Of a stretch of DNA of 45,266 nt, positions 1-8,944 are shown piece after piece. A program made the position numbers and the translations under genes. Numbering within the stretch: position 1 is the stretch's first letter; the number at the start of each line of letters is the position of its first letter. The DNA is from a virus (lineage: Duplodnaviria; Caudoviricetes): positions 1-45,266 of the IMG/VR virus record IMGVR_UViG_3300017778_001280; one strand, 5' to 3'. The notes beneath the pieces are model-generated. The model did not search any database. It saw only the letters and a program-made list of their open reading frames with translations, and had not been told where the DNA came from.

Positions 1-57
1 AGGACGTTCAGCCATCAATCTATCTTCAAGTTCACGCGGTTTTCTGTTTTCAGCCAT
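1..57 (-). CDS. 5' fragment of a head-module gene (MAENRKPRELEDRLMAERP...), runs off the window
   Basis: ATG at 57 overlaps the end of the upstream ORF and the frame stays open to the window edge; position after the scaffold-like gene. Confidence 0.6.
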   Translation of the reverse strand, partial: MAENRKPRELEDRLMAERP

Positions 58-991
58 TATTGGCCTCCATTTCGAGTTTCGCCTTGGCATATTGCTCGGG
101 CGTTAAATTTAGTTTTTTGGCCAAGCTCATTTCAGATGGATTCAAACGAACCCTCTTAGGAGCAGTTGACCTTGTAGCCGGTGCTACCACCGAACTTCTG
201 CGAGCAGCTGGGCGCTCATTTTGTTCCGCTTCGTCCTCGAATTTTTCGGGGAACCGCTTGCGAATAGTTGCGTCTATCTTACGATAATACTCTTGTGATG
301 AAACCTGAACACCTTCGCGCTTGAGCTTTTCATGGAGCCCGAGAGCCAAGCTGGTCATCTCTTCATCTTCTCCGAACCACGTATTTTCCTGTTGCCATGC
401 TTGCGCGCTGGGGTCAGGACGGAACTGTGGTGCCGGCTGTGACTCGATTTGTACAGGAGTTTCTTCCTCTTGTAAAGCCGGTGGACGAAAATTCTTTACT
501 TTTTCCGCTTTTAGTGTTGCTTGAGTCAACTTTTCCTGTGCATCCATCACTTTATCAGTGTCGCCAGAGTCGTAGGCTTCACGATAAGCGCGCTTGGCTG
601 CATCCATCTCCATAGCCACAGCCCTTTGAACCGTGGCAAGCACGTTCTTTTCGCTGTTGTTAAGGTTGGATTTAAGACGCTGGTTCTCTTGCATCATCTT
701 CTGAGCAAAGGTAATAGCTTCTTGTTGCTCCCTCAAAGCGTTCTCTTTCTCACGGCGTTCTTCGTGAGCCAGACGCTTCATCTGGATTAGCTTCTTCTTA
801 ACTTTGGTAGAGTAGTCCTCTAGCTCATCGTTATAGAGGTCCTCTTTGACCTTCTCTTCCATCGGAGGCTTGTTGCGGTCCTCCGCAGGCGTGTTGTCTT
901 CTACGTCAACGATGATCTGTTCATCAGTTTGATCGTCTTCTGTGGTGACTTTTACGTCATCTTGCTCATCGGGAAATTTAAATGTTGCCAT
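50..991 (-). CDS. Putative capsid scaffolding protein (acidic, coiled-coil)
   Basis: 313-aa ORF with acidic N-terminus, long coiled coil and C-terminal AKKLNLTPEQYAK helix; lies downstream of portal; AAGGA RBS. Confidence 0.65.
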   Translation of the reverse strand: MATFKFPDEQDDVKVTTEDDQTDEQIIVDVEDNTPAEDRNKPPMEEKVKEDLYNDELEDYSTKVKKKLIQMKRLAHEERREKENALREQQEAITFAQKMMQENQRLKSNLNNSEKNVLATVQRAVAMEMDAAKRAYREAYDSGDTDKVMDAQEKLTQATLKAEKVKNFRPPALQEEETPVQIESQPAPQFRPDPSAQAWQQENTWFGEDEEMTSLALGLHEKLKREGVQVSSQEYYRKIDATIRKRFPEKFEDEAEQNERPAARRSSVVAPATRSTAPKRVRLNPSEMSLAKKLNLTPEQYAKAKLEMEANNG

Positions 992-999
992 GTTGTTCC

Positions 1000-1422
1000 T
1001 TATTTACGGCGAATACCGCGAGGATCATCTACTACGCCCTCAACAGAATCGTCATTGATCACACGGAATTCCTTGCCGTGGATGACCAGTCGCGTTCCTG
1101 AGTTGGGTCTAATCAAGATAAAGTCACCCTTCTTGCAGTACGGGCCTGATGGGAATCGGCTTTCGTCCTTGTAGCAGTCTGGGCCCATGTCTACTACGAA
1201 TAACACAGTAGTCAGGGTTTCCTCAATCATGAGAGTTTCTTCCGCTTTTACGAGTCCGGACTCTCCGTATTCCTTCTCTATCTCTGGGATAGCACAAAGG
1301 ATTCTGTAACCAGATGGGCGGGGAAGTTGTTTAGCTTTCTCCTCTGGCTTTGTGTTCAAGATCTTGGATAAATCCACGGCCTTGGTTATGTCGAGATTTG
1401 AAATCTCACTCGTCATCGTCAT
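1000..1422 (-). CDS. groES: GroES/Cpn10-like co-chaperonin
   Basis: Cpn10 pattern: PSGYRIL...ESGLV...VVDMGPD...KKGDFIL...GTRLVIHGKEFRVINDDSVEGVV. Confidence 0.85.
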   Translation of the reverse strand: MTMTSEISNLDITKAVDLSKILNTKPEEKAKQLPRPSGYRILCAIPEIEKEYGESGLVKAEETLMIEETLTTVLFVVDMGPDCYKDESRFPSGPYCKKGDFILIRPNSGTRLVIHGKEFRVINDDSVEGVVDDPRGIRRK

Positions 1423-1606
1423 CGTGATTGACTCTTTCTTGTAGGTCTATGATGTATAAACGTGCAGTGAGTAGACCTTTAACCTCTCCGCACATCTTCT
1501 TGTACTCCGCAAAGTCTTCAGCCTTGCCATCGGCTATTGACATTTGGAGTTGGGATACTTTGTCATCTATCTTTGAAGCTAGAAGTTTTAAATATTTGTC
1601 GATCAT
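1406..1606 (-). CDS. Small helical head-module protein
   Basis: 66 aa, coupled to the portal stop (ATGA overlap), GAGGAG RBS. Confidence 0.75.
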   Translation of the reverse strand: MIDKYLKLLASKIDDKVSQLQMSIADGKAEDFAEYKKMCGEVKGLLTARLYIIDLQERVNHDDDDE

Positions 1607-4029
1607 TTTTTACTCCTCATGAGTTCAGCCAGCATCTTGTTCTTCTCTGCTTCGGCGTCTTGAGCCAGCTCTTGTTGATCTTTCTGCACCGTAGCTTGGA
1701 TTCGCGCCATATCAATCTCCCTTTGGGTAGCTATACGTTCACGTTCAATCTGTTGCTGTGACTGCTTGAGCTGGGCGTCAGTTGCATCCTTCTGAGCCTT
1801 GCGTTGACCCTCTTGACCCTTAAGCGCCAGCTCCTGCTGTTGCATCTGAATTAAAGGATCTTGCTGCATTGCCGCCGCTTGTGCCTGTTGGGCTTGTGCA
1901 GTATTGGCCTGTAACAACTGAGCGCTTGCCTGTGCGATGAGCTGTGACAGCTGCACTTCCACATCCTCTGGCAATTTCTCCTCTGGACCGGGCAACGGCA
2001 CACCCATTTGCTTCTCTATCAACTGACGATAGTGGAAGCCCAAGTGTTCGGCAATGTGAGCCTGCATAGCGGCCATGATCTGATTGGCCATAGGATTTTG
2101 GCCTATGGTCTTCATGATCAATGGGTCTTGCATGAACGTCTGGTGCGTAGCAATGTGGGCTTGTTGATCTTGATAGATAAACGCCTTCATTGGCTGACCC
2201 TTTAGTGCGGCCATGTTCTCGCTGACTGGGTCTTTTGGTGTCTCATCGTCTGGTAGAGGAACCAGCTTATTGGCGTTCTTAATACCTAAGACATCAAGCA
2301 TCTGTCTATGTAACTGTGGTAAGTCATAGATTGCAGGGGCTTGCTGGGACAGCTGGATCACCGCCTGATACTGAACAATCTTCTGCGCCATCGTGGCTGC
2401 ATTAGGGTCAGACACAGGAATCACATCGACTAAATCATAGTCAGACTGTTTGGCTTTGCGGGATCCTTCTTCTGGCTGGTAAGAGTACTCAGGCGGTGTG
2501 TAGTCGCGAATGATGTCTCTTAACAGAGCCAGCTCTTGCTTAAAGGAATAGTGAATACGCGCCTGAACAGCGGTCATCACTTTAAGTTGACGCTCAAGGA
2601 TAGCCAACGTGGTGCCAACGGGAGAGTTGGCAGACATATCAGCAACTTGGATGTCAGCTGCCGAGGCAAACTTGCGGCCTTCTTCAACAATCTTATCGAG
2701 AAGAGAAGCCAACACTTGTGACGGCTCTTTGTAAGGCAGAGGCATGATGTTCTCTGCAATAGACCCGCTTGGTACGTCCACATCGCGCCACTCAGCTGGG
2801 CCGATTGGAGTGTCATCTCCCTTGACCCGCAAACCACGGGTCTTAAAGCCGCCGGGCAGGTTGGCCAGAGTACCAGCGTCTACTAATTGACGCAGGATTG
2901 ACGTACCAGATTTGGCAAATGCTCCGACTAAGTGAATCAGGCCAAAACAGTAGAAGCCAAAGCCGGGAACGTAGCCATAGTGGACGTAGTGTTGGCGCTT
3001 AGTGTGTAACTTATCGCCTTGCTTCCAGTTTCTGCGGATAGCCAAGCACTTCATGCTTCCGTATTCCACAGTCACAATGTAGGGCAGGGCAATTCCTGTA
3101 GGTTCGCCGTCTTTGTCGGTGTGCTCGTAGCCTTCAAGGTCGAGCTCTACGTTCATCTCGAGGATTTTGTAGCGGTCATCCGACAAAGCGCGGAATCCCA
3201 TCTTCTCGGCAATCTTTTTCTCTACTTCGTCCAGATTGTTGTTGGGTTCGCCCAAGTCAATATCAGCATAGAAGCCTGCGACTTGTAATTTACGCAGCTC
3301 ATTCTCTGTTTTACGCATAACGTGCGTAACACGGGGAGAAGTTTGGATGTCTGACGCACCATAAGGTACTACCAAATCTTCAGCCGGTACAAAAATAGAC
3401 GTCTGGCGGTCAAAGCTGGGATCAAAGTAGACTTTCTTAAAGGCGTTTCCTGAAAGACCTAGACCCCAAACCATTCTTTCGTGCTCTGGGCGGAACTCTG
3501 TCATCACATCTGTCAGTTGATAGTTCATATCATCCTGAACACGAACGGCAGCGTCTTTTTTCTCTTGGGTTTCCTTTCCAATGATCTGGGTTTTAACCGG
3601 ACCAGCAGCGGGGAAGGTACTCATCATGATTTCAGCTTGGAATTTAACCAGCGCTTCGGATAAAAGTGGGTGGTAGACACCGCAAGCACCAATCCAAGGG
3701 TCAGCGCGCTCTTCAATCTTCATCCCTAAGAGCTCTAAACCGTCTACATAGGTCTGCATCCAGTCTTTGCGGGAGTTAACGTCATCGTCATAGTCACCAA
3801 TCAGGTCGGTTACTATCCCTGTGACCACGCCACTGTCCAAATAATCAACTAAGTTAGCGTCAAAATCGTCTTCTTCACTACCATCGATAGTGATTTCCAT
3901 CCCGCCCATACTAATTGTGACCTCTTCAGGGTCAACAATCTCAATTTCTATACCGCCGTCCTCTTCAGTCTCTGGCATTAGGGACTCAATACCATCTGGT
4001 GCAGCGTAAAGTGATTTTTCAATGGACAT
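1603..4029 (-). CDS. Portal protein
   Basis: 808 aa directly downstream of TerL; HPLLSEALVKFQAE, GNAFKKVYFDP, Gln-rich C-terminal barrel typical of P22-like portals. Confidence 0.88.
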   Translation of the reverse strand: MSIEKSLYAAPDGIESLMPETEEDGGIEIEIVDPEEVTISMGGMEITIDGSEEDDFDANLVDYLDSGVVTGIVTDLIGDYDDDVNSRKDWMQTYVDGLELLGMKIEERADPWIGACGVYHPLLSEALVKFQAEIMMSTFPAAGPVKTQIIGKETQEKKDAAVRVQDDMNYQLTDVMTEFRPEHERMVWGLGLSGNAFKKVYFDPSFDRQTSIFVPAEDLVVPYGASDIQTSPRVTHVMRKTENELRKLQVAGFYADIDLGEPNNNLDEVEKKIAEKMGFRALSDDRYKILEMNVELDLEGYEHTDKDGEPTGIALPYIVTVEYGSMKCLAIRRNWKQGDKLHTKRQHYVHYGYVPGFGFYCFGLIHLVGAFAKSGTSILRQLVDAGTLANLPGGFKTRGLRVKGDDTPIGPAEWRDVDVPSGSIAENIMPLPYKEPSQVLASLLDKIVEEGRKFASAADIQVADMSANSPVGTTLAILERQLKVMTAVQARIHYSFKQELALLRDIIRDYTPPEYSYQPEEGSRKAKQSDYDLVDVIPVSDPNAATMAQKIVQYQAVIQLSQQAPAIYDLPQLHRQMLDVLGIKNANKLVPLPDDETPKDPVSENMAALKGQPMKAFIYQDQQAHIATHQTFMQDPLIMKTIGQNPMANQIMAAMQAHIAEHLGFHYRQLIEKQMGVPLPGPEEKLPEDVEVQLSQLIAQASAQLLQANTAQAQQAQAAAMQQDPLIQMQQQELALKGQEGQRKAQKDATDAQLKQSQQQIERERIATQREIDMARIQATVQKDQQELAQDAEAEKNKMLAELMRSKK

Positions 4030-4037
4030 ATTTATCC

Positions 4038-5624
4038 TTAATAGTAAGAAACTTTGCGTCTAAACGAACGGATTTCATCCTCTTCGTCTGTCTGCAAGCG
4101 TATAAACCCGCCTTTTCTGAACCTTATCAGAGCCTGCGTGGCAGAGTCAACTAAGTCATCGTGGTCTGAGTTGGGGAACGCCGCCATCTCTTCCATCAAC
4201 TCGTCAGCCCAGCGCGTAGCTGGTGCCCAAACCTTACCGCTGGCAAATAAATCAGATACAGAATTGATCCTGACCATCTTATCATTACCCCTTGACGGCG
4301 TAAACTCTTGAACAGGTATCCCCATCGCCCTGAGTTCATAGATCAACGGGGCACCCGAAGCTTTTGCCTCAACAATAAAAGCATCTGGTTCCCACTCTTT
4401 GTAGTGATTAAAAGCTTTTTCTTTTAACTCTGGGAACTCCATCCGCCTCTTAAACGCATCTAACAAGATTACATTTGCGTCATTTTGGTTCTCGTTGAGA
4501 TAGAACACACCCCAAGTCGTACACGCCGAATAGTCAGACCGTTCGTTCTTTGTAAACGCCGTATCCCAAGACTGGATCACAAACTCACACTTAGGTGGGT
4601 CTTCGTGTGTCCACTCCTTCCACCACTCCCTCTTAACAATCGCGCCTTGCTCTGACGTAGGACTCTGTTGGTACTGGGCGTTCCACTTAGATGCAGGCAG
4701 TTCAGACTGTAGAGCGTGGAGCTCTTCTAAGCTCCAGAACTCTGGCCATAGGGGATTACCCGAAGGCAGGATCGCAGGGAAGTCAATTACCTCCCAATCA
4801 TCGTTACCGTCTTTGTCTATCGCAGACTGGAGGATCCGGCCAGTTAAGTCCCTCTTAGCCCAGCGCGTCATCACGACAACAATGGCACCACCCGGCTGCA
4901 GTCGTTGGCGGGGACCAGAGGTGTACCACTCGTAAACTTTATCAAAGACTGTGGGATCTCCTGCAGCCAAGGCGGCTTCTTGCTCGGAGTGGGGATCATC
5001 AATGATTAAAAGATCCGCACCTTTACCCGTTACTGTACCGCCCACACCGATAGCAAAGTACTCTCCGTTTTTATTGGTAGACCAGCGTCCAGCGGCTTTA
5101 CTGTCAGACCTCAAATTAACATTGGGGAATATTTTAGAGAACGGCTCACTGGCTACTAAGTTACGAACCTTACGGCCAAAGCCTACCGCCAGCTCTGCTG
5201 TGTTCGAGCACTGGATGATCTTCTTACTAGGATCCCGTCCCAGAAACCAAGCCGGCAGCATATAAGAGGCAAACTCAGACTTTGTATGCCGAGGGGGCAT
5301 ATTGATGATCAGTCTCTTTATCTTCCCAGTCGCGATCTCTTCGAACTTCTTGGCCATGACTTTATGGTGGCGGCCATCAATAAACCCCGGCCACATCGCA
5401 TGGGCAAACTTGTTAAAGTCATCAAAGGCTTCCTCCCTCTCTTGGCTTGCCTCTAGGGCATCAAGGTCATCAAGGTAAGCGGCTTGCTCATTGGAGGGTA
5501 GGGTAAAGAACTTCTTGGCAGCGGCCTCCGCCTCTAACACTGTTATAGACAAAGCGTGAGTGATCCTCCTGACAAACAGGTCGTGCTCCTCTTGCATCTC
5601 CATCTGTTGTTTTTTATTTACCAC
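4038..5624 (-). CDS. terL: Terminase large subunit
   Basis: Walker A-like NMPPRHTKS, Walker B LLIIDDP, VMTRW coupling motif, nuclease motifs QSWDTA and HDDLVDS; start could be GTG 5624 or ATG 5603. Confidence 0.95.
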   Translation of the reverse strand: MVNKKQQMEMQEEHDLFVRRITHALSITVLEAEAAAKKFFTLPSNEQAAYLDDLDALEASQEREEAFDDFNKFAHAMWPGFIDGRHHKVMAKKFEEIATGKIKRLIINMPPRHTKSEFASYMLPAWFLGRDPSKKIIQCSNTAELAVGFGRKVRNLVASEPFSKIFPNVNLRSDSKAAGRWSTNKNGEYFAIGVGGTVTGKGADLLIIDDPHSEQEAALAAGDPTVFDKVYEWYTSGPRQRLQPGGAIVVVMTRWAKRDLTGRILQSAIDKDGNDDWEVIDFPAILPSGNPLWPEFWSLEELHALQSELPASKWNAQYQQSPTSEQGAIVKREWWKEWTHEDPPKCEFVIQSWDTAFTKNERSDYSACTTWGVFYLNENQNDANVILLDAFKRRMEFPELKEKAFNHYKEWEPDAFIVEAKASGAPLIYELRAMGIPVQEFTPSRGNDKMVRINSVSDLFASGKVWAPATRWADELMEEMAAFPNSDHDDLVDSATQALIRFRKGGFIRLQTDEEDEIRSFRRKVSYY

Positions 5625-5775
5625 AAGGACCCAACGCTGCTAAATACACTTCGTCACTCGGCAATTGCTTCTCAAGAGTCCAGTCGCCAATTCTCTCTAA
5701 CAGCTCCTTGACCTCCTCGGGCTCCAACATCTCGGCAATAACTTCAAACCTGTTTTCGCACACAGTGATTTTCAT
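5614..5775 (-). CDS. Small hypothetical protein, 53 aa (MKITVCENRFEVIAEMLEPEEVKELL...)
   Basis: Translated by hand (below ORF-track cut-off); ATGA overlap with the upstream stop; fills the gap before terL. Confidence 0.65.
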   Translation of the reverse strand: MKITVCENRFEVIAEMLEPEEVKELLERIGDWTLEKQLPSDEVYLAALGPCGK

Positions 5776-6029
5776 GGCAAATTCCTCAAACTAATATACG
5801 AAGGCCTAACACTGCGAGCCGAGTTCTTCGCCCGCTTACAAATCTTCAGGTCGCACAGCTTCTTCACCACACGATGAACATTCCCGCGCCCCTTGTCTCC
5901 AGTATGAAACATGATGTCATCTATAGAAGGACCATAACCAAAGTTCCTCCAATACTCATCTATCACAAGGAACACAGTCCTTTGCTTCTCAGTCATACAC
6001 GCCCCTACACTCTCTTGTAATGTTTTCAT
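5772..6029 (-). CDS. LexA-type winged-helix DNA-binding protein (N-terminal domain only)
   Basis: MTEKQRTVFLVIDEYWRNFGYGPSIDDI...GNVHRVVKKL...ARSVR matches the LexA DNA-binding domain pattern; no peptidase domain. Confidence 0.8.
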   Translation of the reverse strand: MKTLQESVGACMTEKQRTVFLVIDEYWRNFGYGPSIDDIMFHTGDKGRGNVHRVVKKLCDLKICKRAKNSARSVRPSYISLRNLP

Positions 6030-6087
6030 ACTCTAACACTGGTAGAGTACCCCACCCCATTTTTGTATACAAAACACATAGGGGGGG

Positions 6088-6810
6088 TCATTCCTGATCA
6101 AAGTCCAAGACGGCGTCAGGATTTTTTGATACCCCCACCCCCTCGTTTTTATTTGGTGATTGGATGTCAGGAACAGTATGTGGGGTGCATACGGGGGCAT
6201 GCACGGCCTCTAGGGCGGGTACGGGTGCGGTGGGTGCGCGCGCAGGCACATCCGAAACCCCATCACCCCTGATTTCCTCCATCAATGTTAGACCATCGTC
6301 TACTCTAACAGTGTTAGTGTTGAGTCTCTCGAGCAGTCGTGTACGTATGTCTGTGCTCTTACGTATTGTCGTGACCTCTTTACGTTCAAGGAATGCTCCG
6401 ACCTCGAATAGATTACCAATCATCTGCAAAGCTTTCATTCTCTGTGCAGGTGGGAAATCCTCATCGAGTGAGTGCTGGACAAGTTGTTGTACGAGCAGTG
6501 CCTTCAATTGAATAGGGTTTCTGTGTTTCTCTGCCTCTAATGCCAGTTGGTAGGCCTCGACCTCCCTCTGTATTCTCTCGTCCTTCATTAGCTCATACGG
6601 CTTACATGCCAGTGTTCTCTTGGTGGCGTTAGGTTTATATGCCTGTCTGTAAGCCTGTGCCTTTGTCTCCCCTAGTGCAACGGCATGAGCGAATGCCTTC
6701 TGCTTCCCTGTAAGTTTAGGCCTCTTGCCTTGTCCGCTACTCAATAGAGTCTCTACTGGGATCTGATTAAGCCCTTCTTTGATTTGCGCGCGTGTTAGTT
6801 TCTGAACCAT
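6088..6810 (-). CDS. Terminase small subunit-like protein
   Basis: LTGKQKAFAHAVALGETKAQAYRQAY HTH pattern of TerS; upstream of terL; start placed at ATG 6810 because the track start overlaps a promoter -10. Confidence 0.7.
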   Translation of the reverse strand: MVQKLTRAQIKEGLNQIPVETLLSSGQGKRPKLTGKQKAFAHAVALGETKAQAYRQAYKPNATKRTLACKPYELMKDERIQREVEAYQLALEAEKHRNPIQLKALLVQQLVQHSLDEDFPPAQRMKALQMIGNLFEVGAFLERKEVTTIRKSTDIRTRLLERLNTNTVRVDDGLTLMEEIRGDGVSDVPARAPTAPVPALEAVHAPVCTPHTVPDIQSPNKNEGVGVSKNPDAVLDFDQE

Positions 6811-6844
6811 AGTGTTTTCATGGGTATGAAATAAGAATGTCCCG

Positions 6845-6873
6845 AACATACCAGACCAAACTATTTAATGCAA
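6845..6873 (-). promoter_or_regulatory. sigma70-like promoter for the packaging/head operon
   Basis: TTGCAT-N17-TATGTT with TG extension, about 35 nt upstream of ATG 6810. Confidence 0.5.
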
Positions 6874-6931
6874 ACGCCCTGACCTTTTTCGATTGTGTCC
6901 GTCTATATCTATGTAACAACCAAACAATCCT

Positions 6932-7111
6932 ATGAACTACCTCTATTCCGTCCTCGGTGCCTTCCTGTTCTTTACTCTGATCTGCCTACTGGCTGAGTAT
7001 CGCGACCATAAGCAACGCGCCCGAAAACGCGCTGAATACCTCAAGCGTACCTCTGTCCCCTCCCCTCAACGCAAGACAAATTGTGGCCTGATCTATCCGC
7101 CCTTCCGCTGA
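6932..7111 (+). CDS. Small membrane protein, 59 aa (MNYLYSVLGAFLFFTLICLLAEYRDHK...)
   Basis: Hand-translated; N-terminal hydrophobic helix followed by a basic tail; weak RBS. Confidence 0.5.
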   Translation: MNYLYSVLGAFLFFTLICLLAEYRDHKQRARKRAEYLKRTSVPSPQRKTNCGLIYPPFR

Positions 7112-7134
7112 TCTGTCCCCTAAAAATCCTGGTG

Positions 7135-7173
7135 AAGCGCTGCCTGTTTTCAGGTCAAAGCGCTGCTTGTTTT
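7135..7173. repeat. Direct repeat AAGCGCTGC(C/T)TGTTTT x2, 23-bp period
   Basis: Copies at 7135-7150 and 7158-7173, 15/16 identical. Confidence 0.7.
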
Positions 7174-7189
7174 GTCATTACAACACCCC

Positions 7190-7248
7190 AAAAATATTTT
7201 CAAATAAAACATGAAAAGTATTGCAATGGAGTCAACACATGATATAGT
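7190..7248 (+). promoter_or_regulatory. sigma70-like early promoter with AT-rich UP element
   Basis: TTGCAA (7221-7226)-N16-TATAGT (7243-7248), extended TGn -10, A/T tract upstream. Confidence 0.7.
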
Positions 7249-7298
7249 GCAGGCGTTATTCATGTGTTAGTCCCTGTAACCCACTAAGGAGAGTCCCA

Positions 7299-7427
7299 AT
7301 GAAAATTGTCTATAACAAATTGCTAAACGGATGGTACATCGTCCGTGGAGCACATCACACGCCCATCAGTGGCCGATTCGAAACCAAGGCACAAGCCTTG
7401 GCACACCTCAACAAGCGCAACAGTTAA
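7299..7427 (+). CDS. Early small protein, 42 aa (MKIVYNKLLNGWYIVRGAHHTPISGRF...)
   Basis: TAAGGAG RBS; first ORF after the promoter; hand-translated. Confidence 0.75.
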   Translation: MKIVYNKLLNGWYIVRGAHHTPISGRFETKAQALAHLNKRNS

Positions 7428-7435
7428 GGATCATC

Positions 7436-7663
7436 ATGTCTAAACTAATCCTCAAGAAAAACGGCTACGAGATTTGGGCAAAGTTTGACGAGTCTGCACA
7501 AGTTTATGAACTGTTCTTTGAACAAGAGTGCGAGTCCTACACTGGATGGGCAGTTGACTCCCTCGCGGACGCTGAGTCGGCCTCGCGCTACATCCTCGAA
7601 GAACAAATGGCTGAACAAGCTGATTGGGATCAACGCAGACAAAACCTGCTTGACGATGCCTGA
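7436..7663 (+). CDS. Early acidic hypothetical protein (MSKLILKKNGYEIWAKFDE...)
   Basis: TAAGGA RBS before ATG 7436; 3' part of track ORF 7331..7663. Confidence 0.75.
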   Translation: MSKLILKKNGYEIWAKFDESAQVYELFFEQECESYTGWAVDSLADAESASRYILEEQMAEQADWDQRRQNLLDDA

Positions 7664-7704
7664 GTAATGCTTGAAGCCTCGCGAGTCGGGGCTTTGAGGA
7701 TTAC
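7664..7704 (+). other. Intergenic RNA hairpin rich in G-U pairs, no U-tract (possible processing site)
   Basis: GTAAT-G-CTTGAAGCCTCG-cgagt-CGGGGCTTTGAG-G-ATTAC. Confidence 0.55.
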
Positions 7705-7725
7705 CCACCAACCCAAAGGAGAACT

Positions 7726-7905
7726 ATGCAAATCACGATTGAACTCAAATGGCAATACGGCAATTGTGCCTTCTATCCCCTGTGCGAAACCAGTAAAAGA
7801 TTCGCGCAAATTGCAGGCACAAAGACCCTGACCCAAGACGCCCTCCGCATCATCAAGTCAATGGGCTACACGATTAACCAAACCACTAAGGAGATTGCAC
7901 TATGA
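7726..7905 (+). CDS. Early small protein, 59 aa (MQITIELKWQYGNCAFYPLCETSKRFAQIAGTKTLT...)
   Basis: AAAGGAGA RBS; stop overlaps the next ATG; hand-translated. Confidence 0.8.
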   Translation: MQITIELKWQYGNCAFYPLCETSKRFAQIAGTKTLTQDALRIIKSMGYTINQTTKEIAL

Positions 7906-8051
7906 AGTACTACCGACACATATCCACCATGCGCGAAGAATTCTTGGCACAACGCAGGCGTGACCGCATACAAGCAGGCTATGACTTTGTTGTCATTGTG
8001 CTTGTCCCTGTCATGATCTTTTTAATCACTGTGTTCCTGTTTGCACTATGA
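7902..8051 (+). CDS. Small protein with C-terminal transmembrane helix, 49 aa
   Basis: TAAGGAG RBS, ATGA overlaps at both ends; FVVIVLVPVMIFLITVFLFAL. Confidence 0.75.
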   Translation: MKYYRHISTMREEFLAQRRRDRIQAGYDFVVIVLVPVMIFLITVFLFAL

Positions 8052-8254
8052 CTGAGTCCCAACTCATCACCCTCGGGTACAGATACGAACGAGCAAATGG
8101 TGCTAGGGCGCAAGCCCTGCGCCAGTGTTTTAACACCGCGCTGAAACAGACCGAAACACCAAGCGAACGCGAGCTCTACATCTACTCATTCAACCAAGGC
8201 CGACACGAAGCTCGCATGCAAGTTGGACGCCAAGAAATAAGGGGATACAAATGA
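8048..8254 (+). CDS. Early hypothetical protein
   Basis: 68 aa, ATGA-coupled on both sides. Confidence 0.7.
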   Translation: MTESQLITLGYRYERANGARAQALRQCFNTALKQTETPSERELYIYSFNQGRHEARMQVGRQEIRGYK

Positions 8255-8520
8255 AAACCGAAATCATCTCTTACACCCTCGGCACTCAGTTTGCCACTTA
8301 TGTTGCCAATGGCGACTTTGACCACCTCACTGATAAAGAGAAAAGGCAGTTTGATGACCTCGAACAATTCTCGCGCCTCGATGCACCCAACGGCTACTAC
8401 TTTGCTCATTGGGGTATCGACATTGACAACCGCGATGAATTCGCACGATGTGAAGCCACTGGCCTGATGGGTGACTGTTGCCAGTTTGATGCAGTCTATT
8501 TTGAGCAGGCGACCGCATGA
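8251..8520 (+). CDS. Early acidic hypothetical protein
   Basis: 89 aa, coupled, AAGGGG RBS. Confidence 0.75.
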   Translation: MKTEIISYTLGTQFATYVANGDFDHLTDKEKRQFDDLEQFSRLDAPNGYYFAHWGIDIDNRDEFARCEATGLMGDCCQFDAVYFEQATA

Positions 8521-8723
8521 ACCACGCGCAGATTAAAGAATGCGCGAAGGAGCTTGGCTATGACTTTGATGACGAGTCTTGCCAGCTCCTTTTAGCCGAA
8601 AGCCCTATCGGTGAGACAGTCTGGCATGGAGTGACCGACTATCTCAACGCTTACGAATCCTGCAAGGATTTTGATCAACCCAAGTACAGAAGAACCCGCA
8701 ACAAATGGAGCAAAGCAAAATGA
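8517..8723 (+). CDS. Early hypothetical protein
   Basis: 68 aa, ATGA-coupled. Confidence 0.7.
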   Translation: MNHAQIKECAKELGYDFDDESCQLLLAESPIGETVWHGVTDYLNAYESCKDFDQPKYRRTRNKWSKAK

Positions 8724-8944
8724 CCACCAAACAAGAAATCACATCCTTTAAATTGTCCGTAACATGGAGCGATGGCAAGATCGAAGGCTTGGCAAGCCAT
8801 CTGCCTGAATACTTGTATGACGAGTTGCAGGCTTACTTTCGGGAGTTGGAAGACCTGCGAGAAGAGCACGACAACGACCTGCGTGATGAAGAGTATTCAT
8901 TTGGTGAAGATGAATCAAAAGCAGTCACAGGAGACAAGCCATGA
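8720..8944 (+). CDS. Early acidic protein, paralogous to the N-terminus of 10036..10476
   Basis: ATGA overlap at 8720, GGAG RBS. Confidence 0.75.
   Translation: MTTKQEITSFKLSVTWSDGKIEGLASHLPEYLYDELQAYFRELEDLREEHDNDLRDEEYSFGEDESKAVTGDKP

Noticed and set aside
6850-7290. Canonical SOS box CTGT-N8-ACAG at the divergent promoters
   Set aside because: No match seen by eye despite the LexA-like gene
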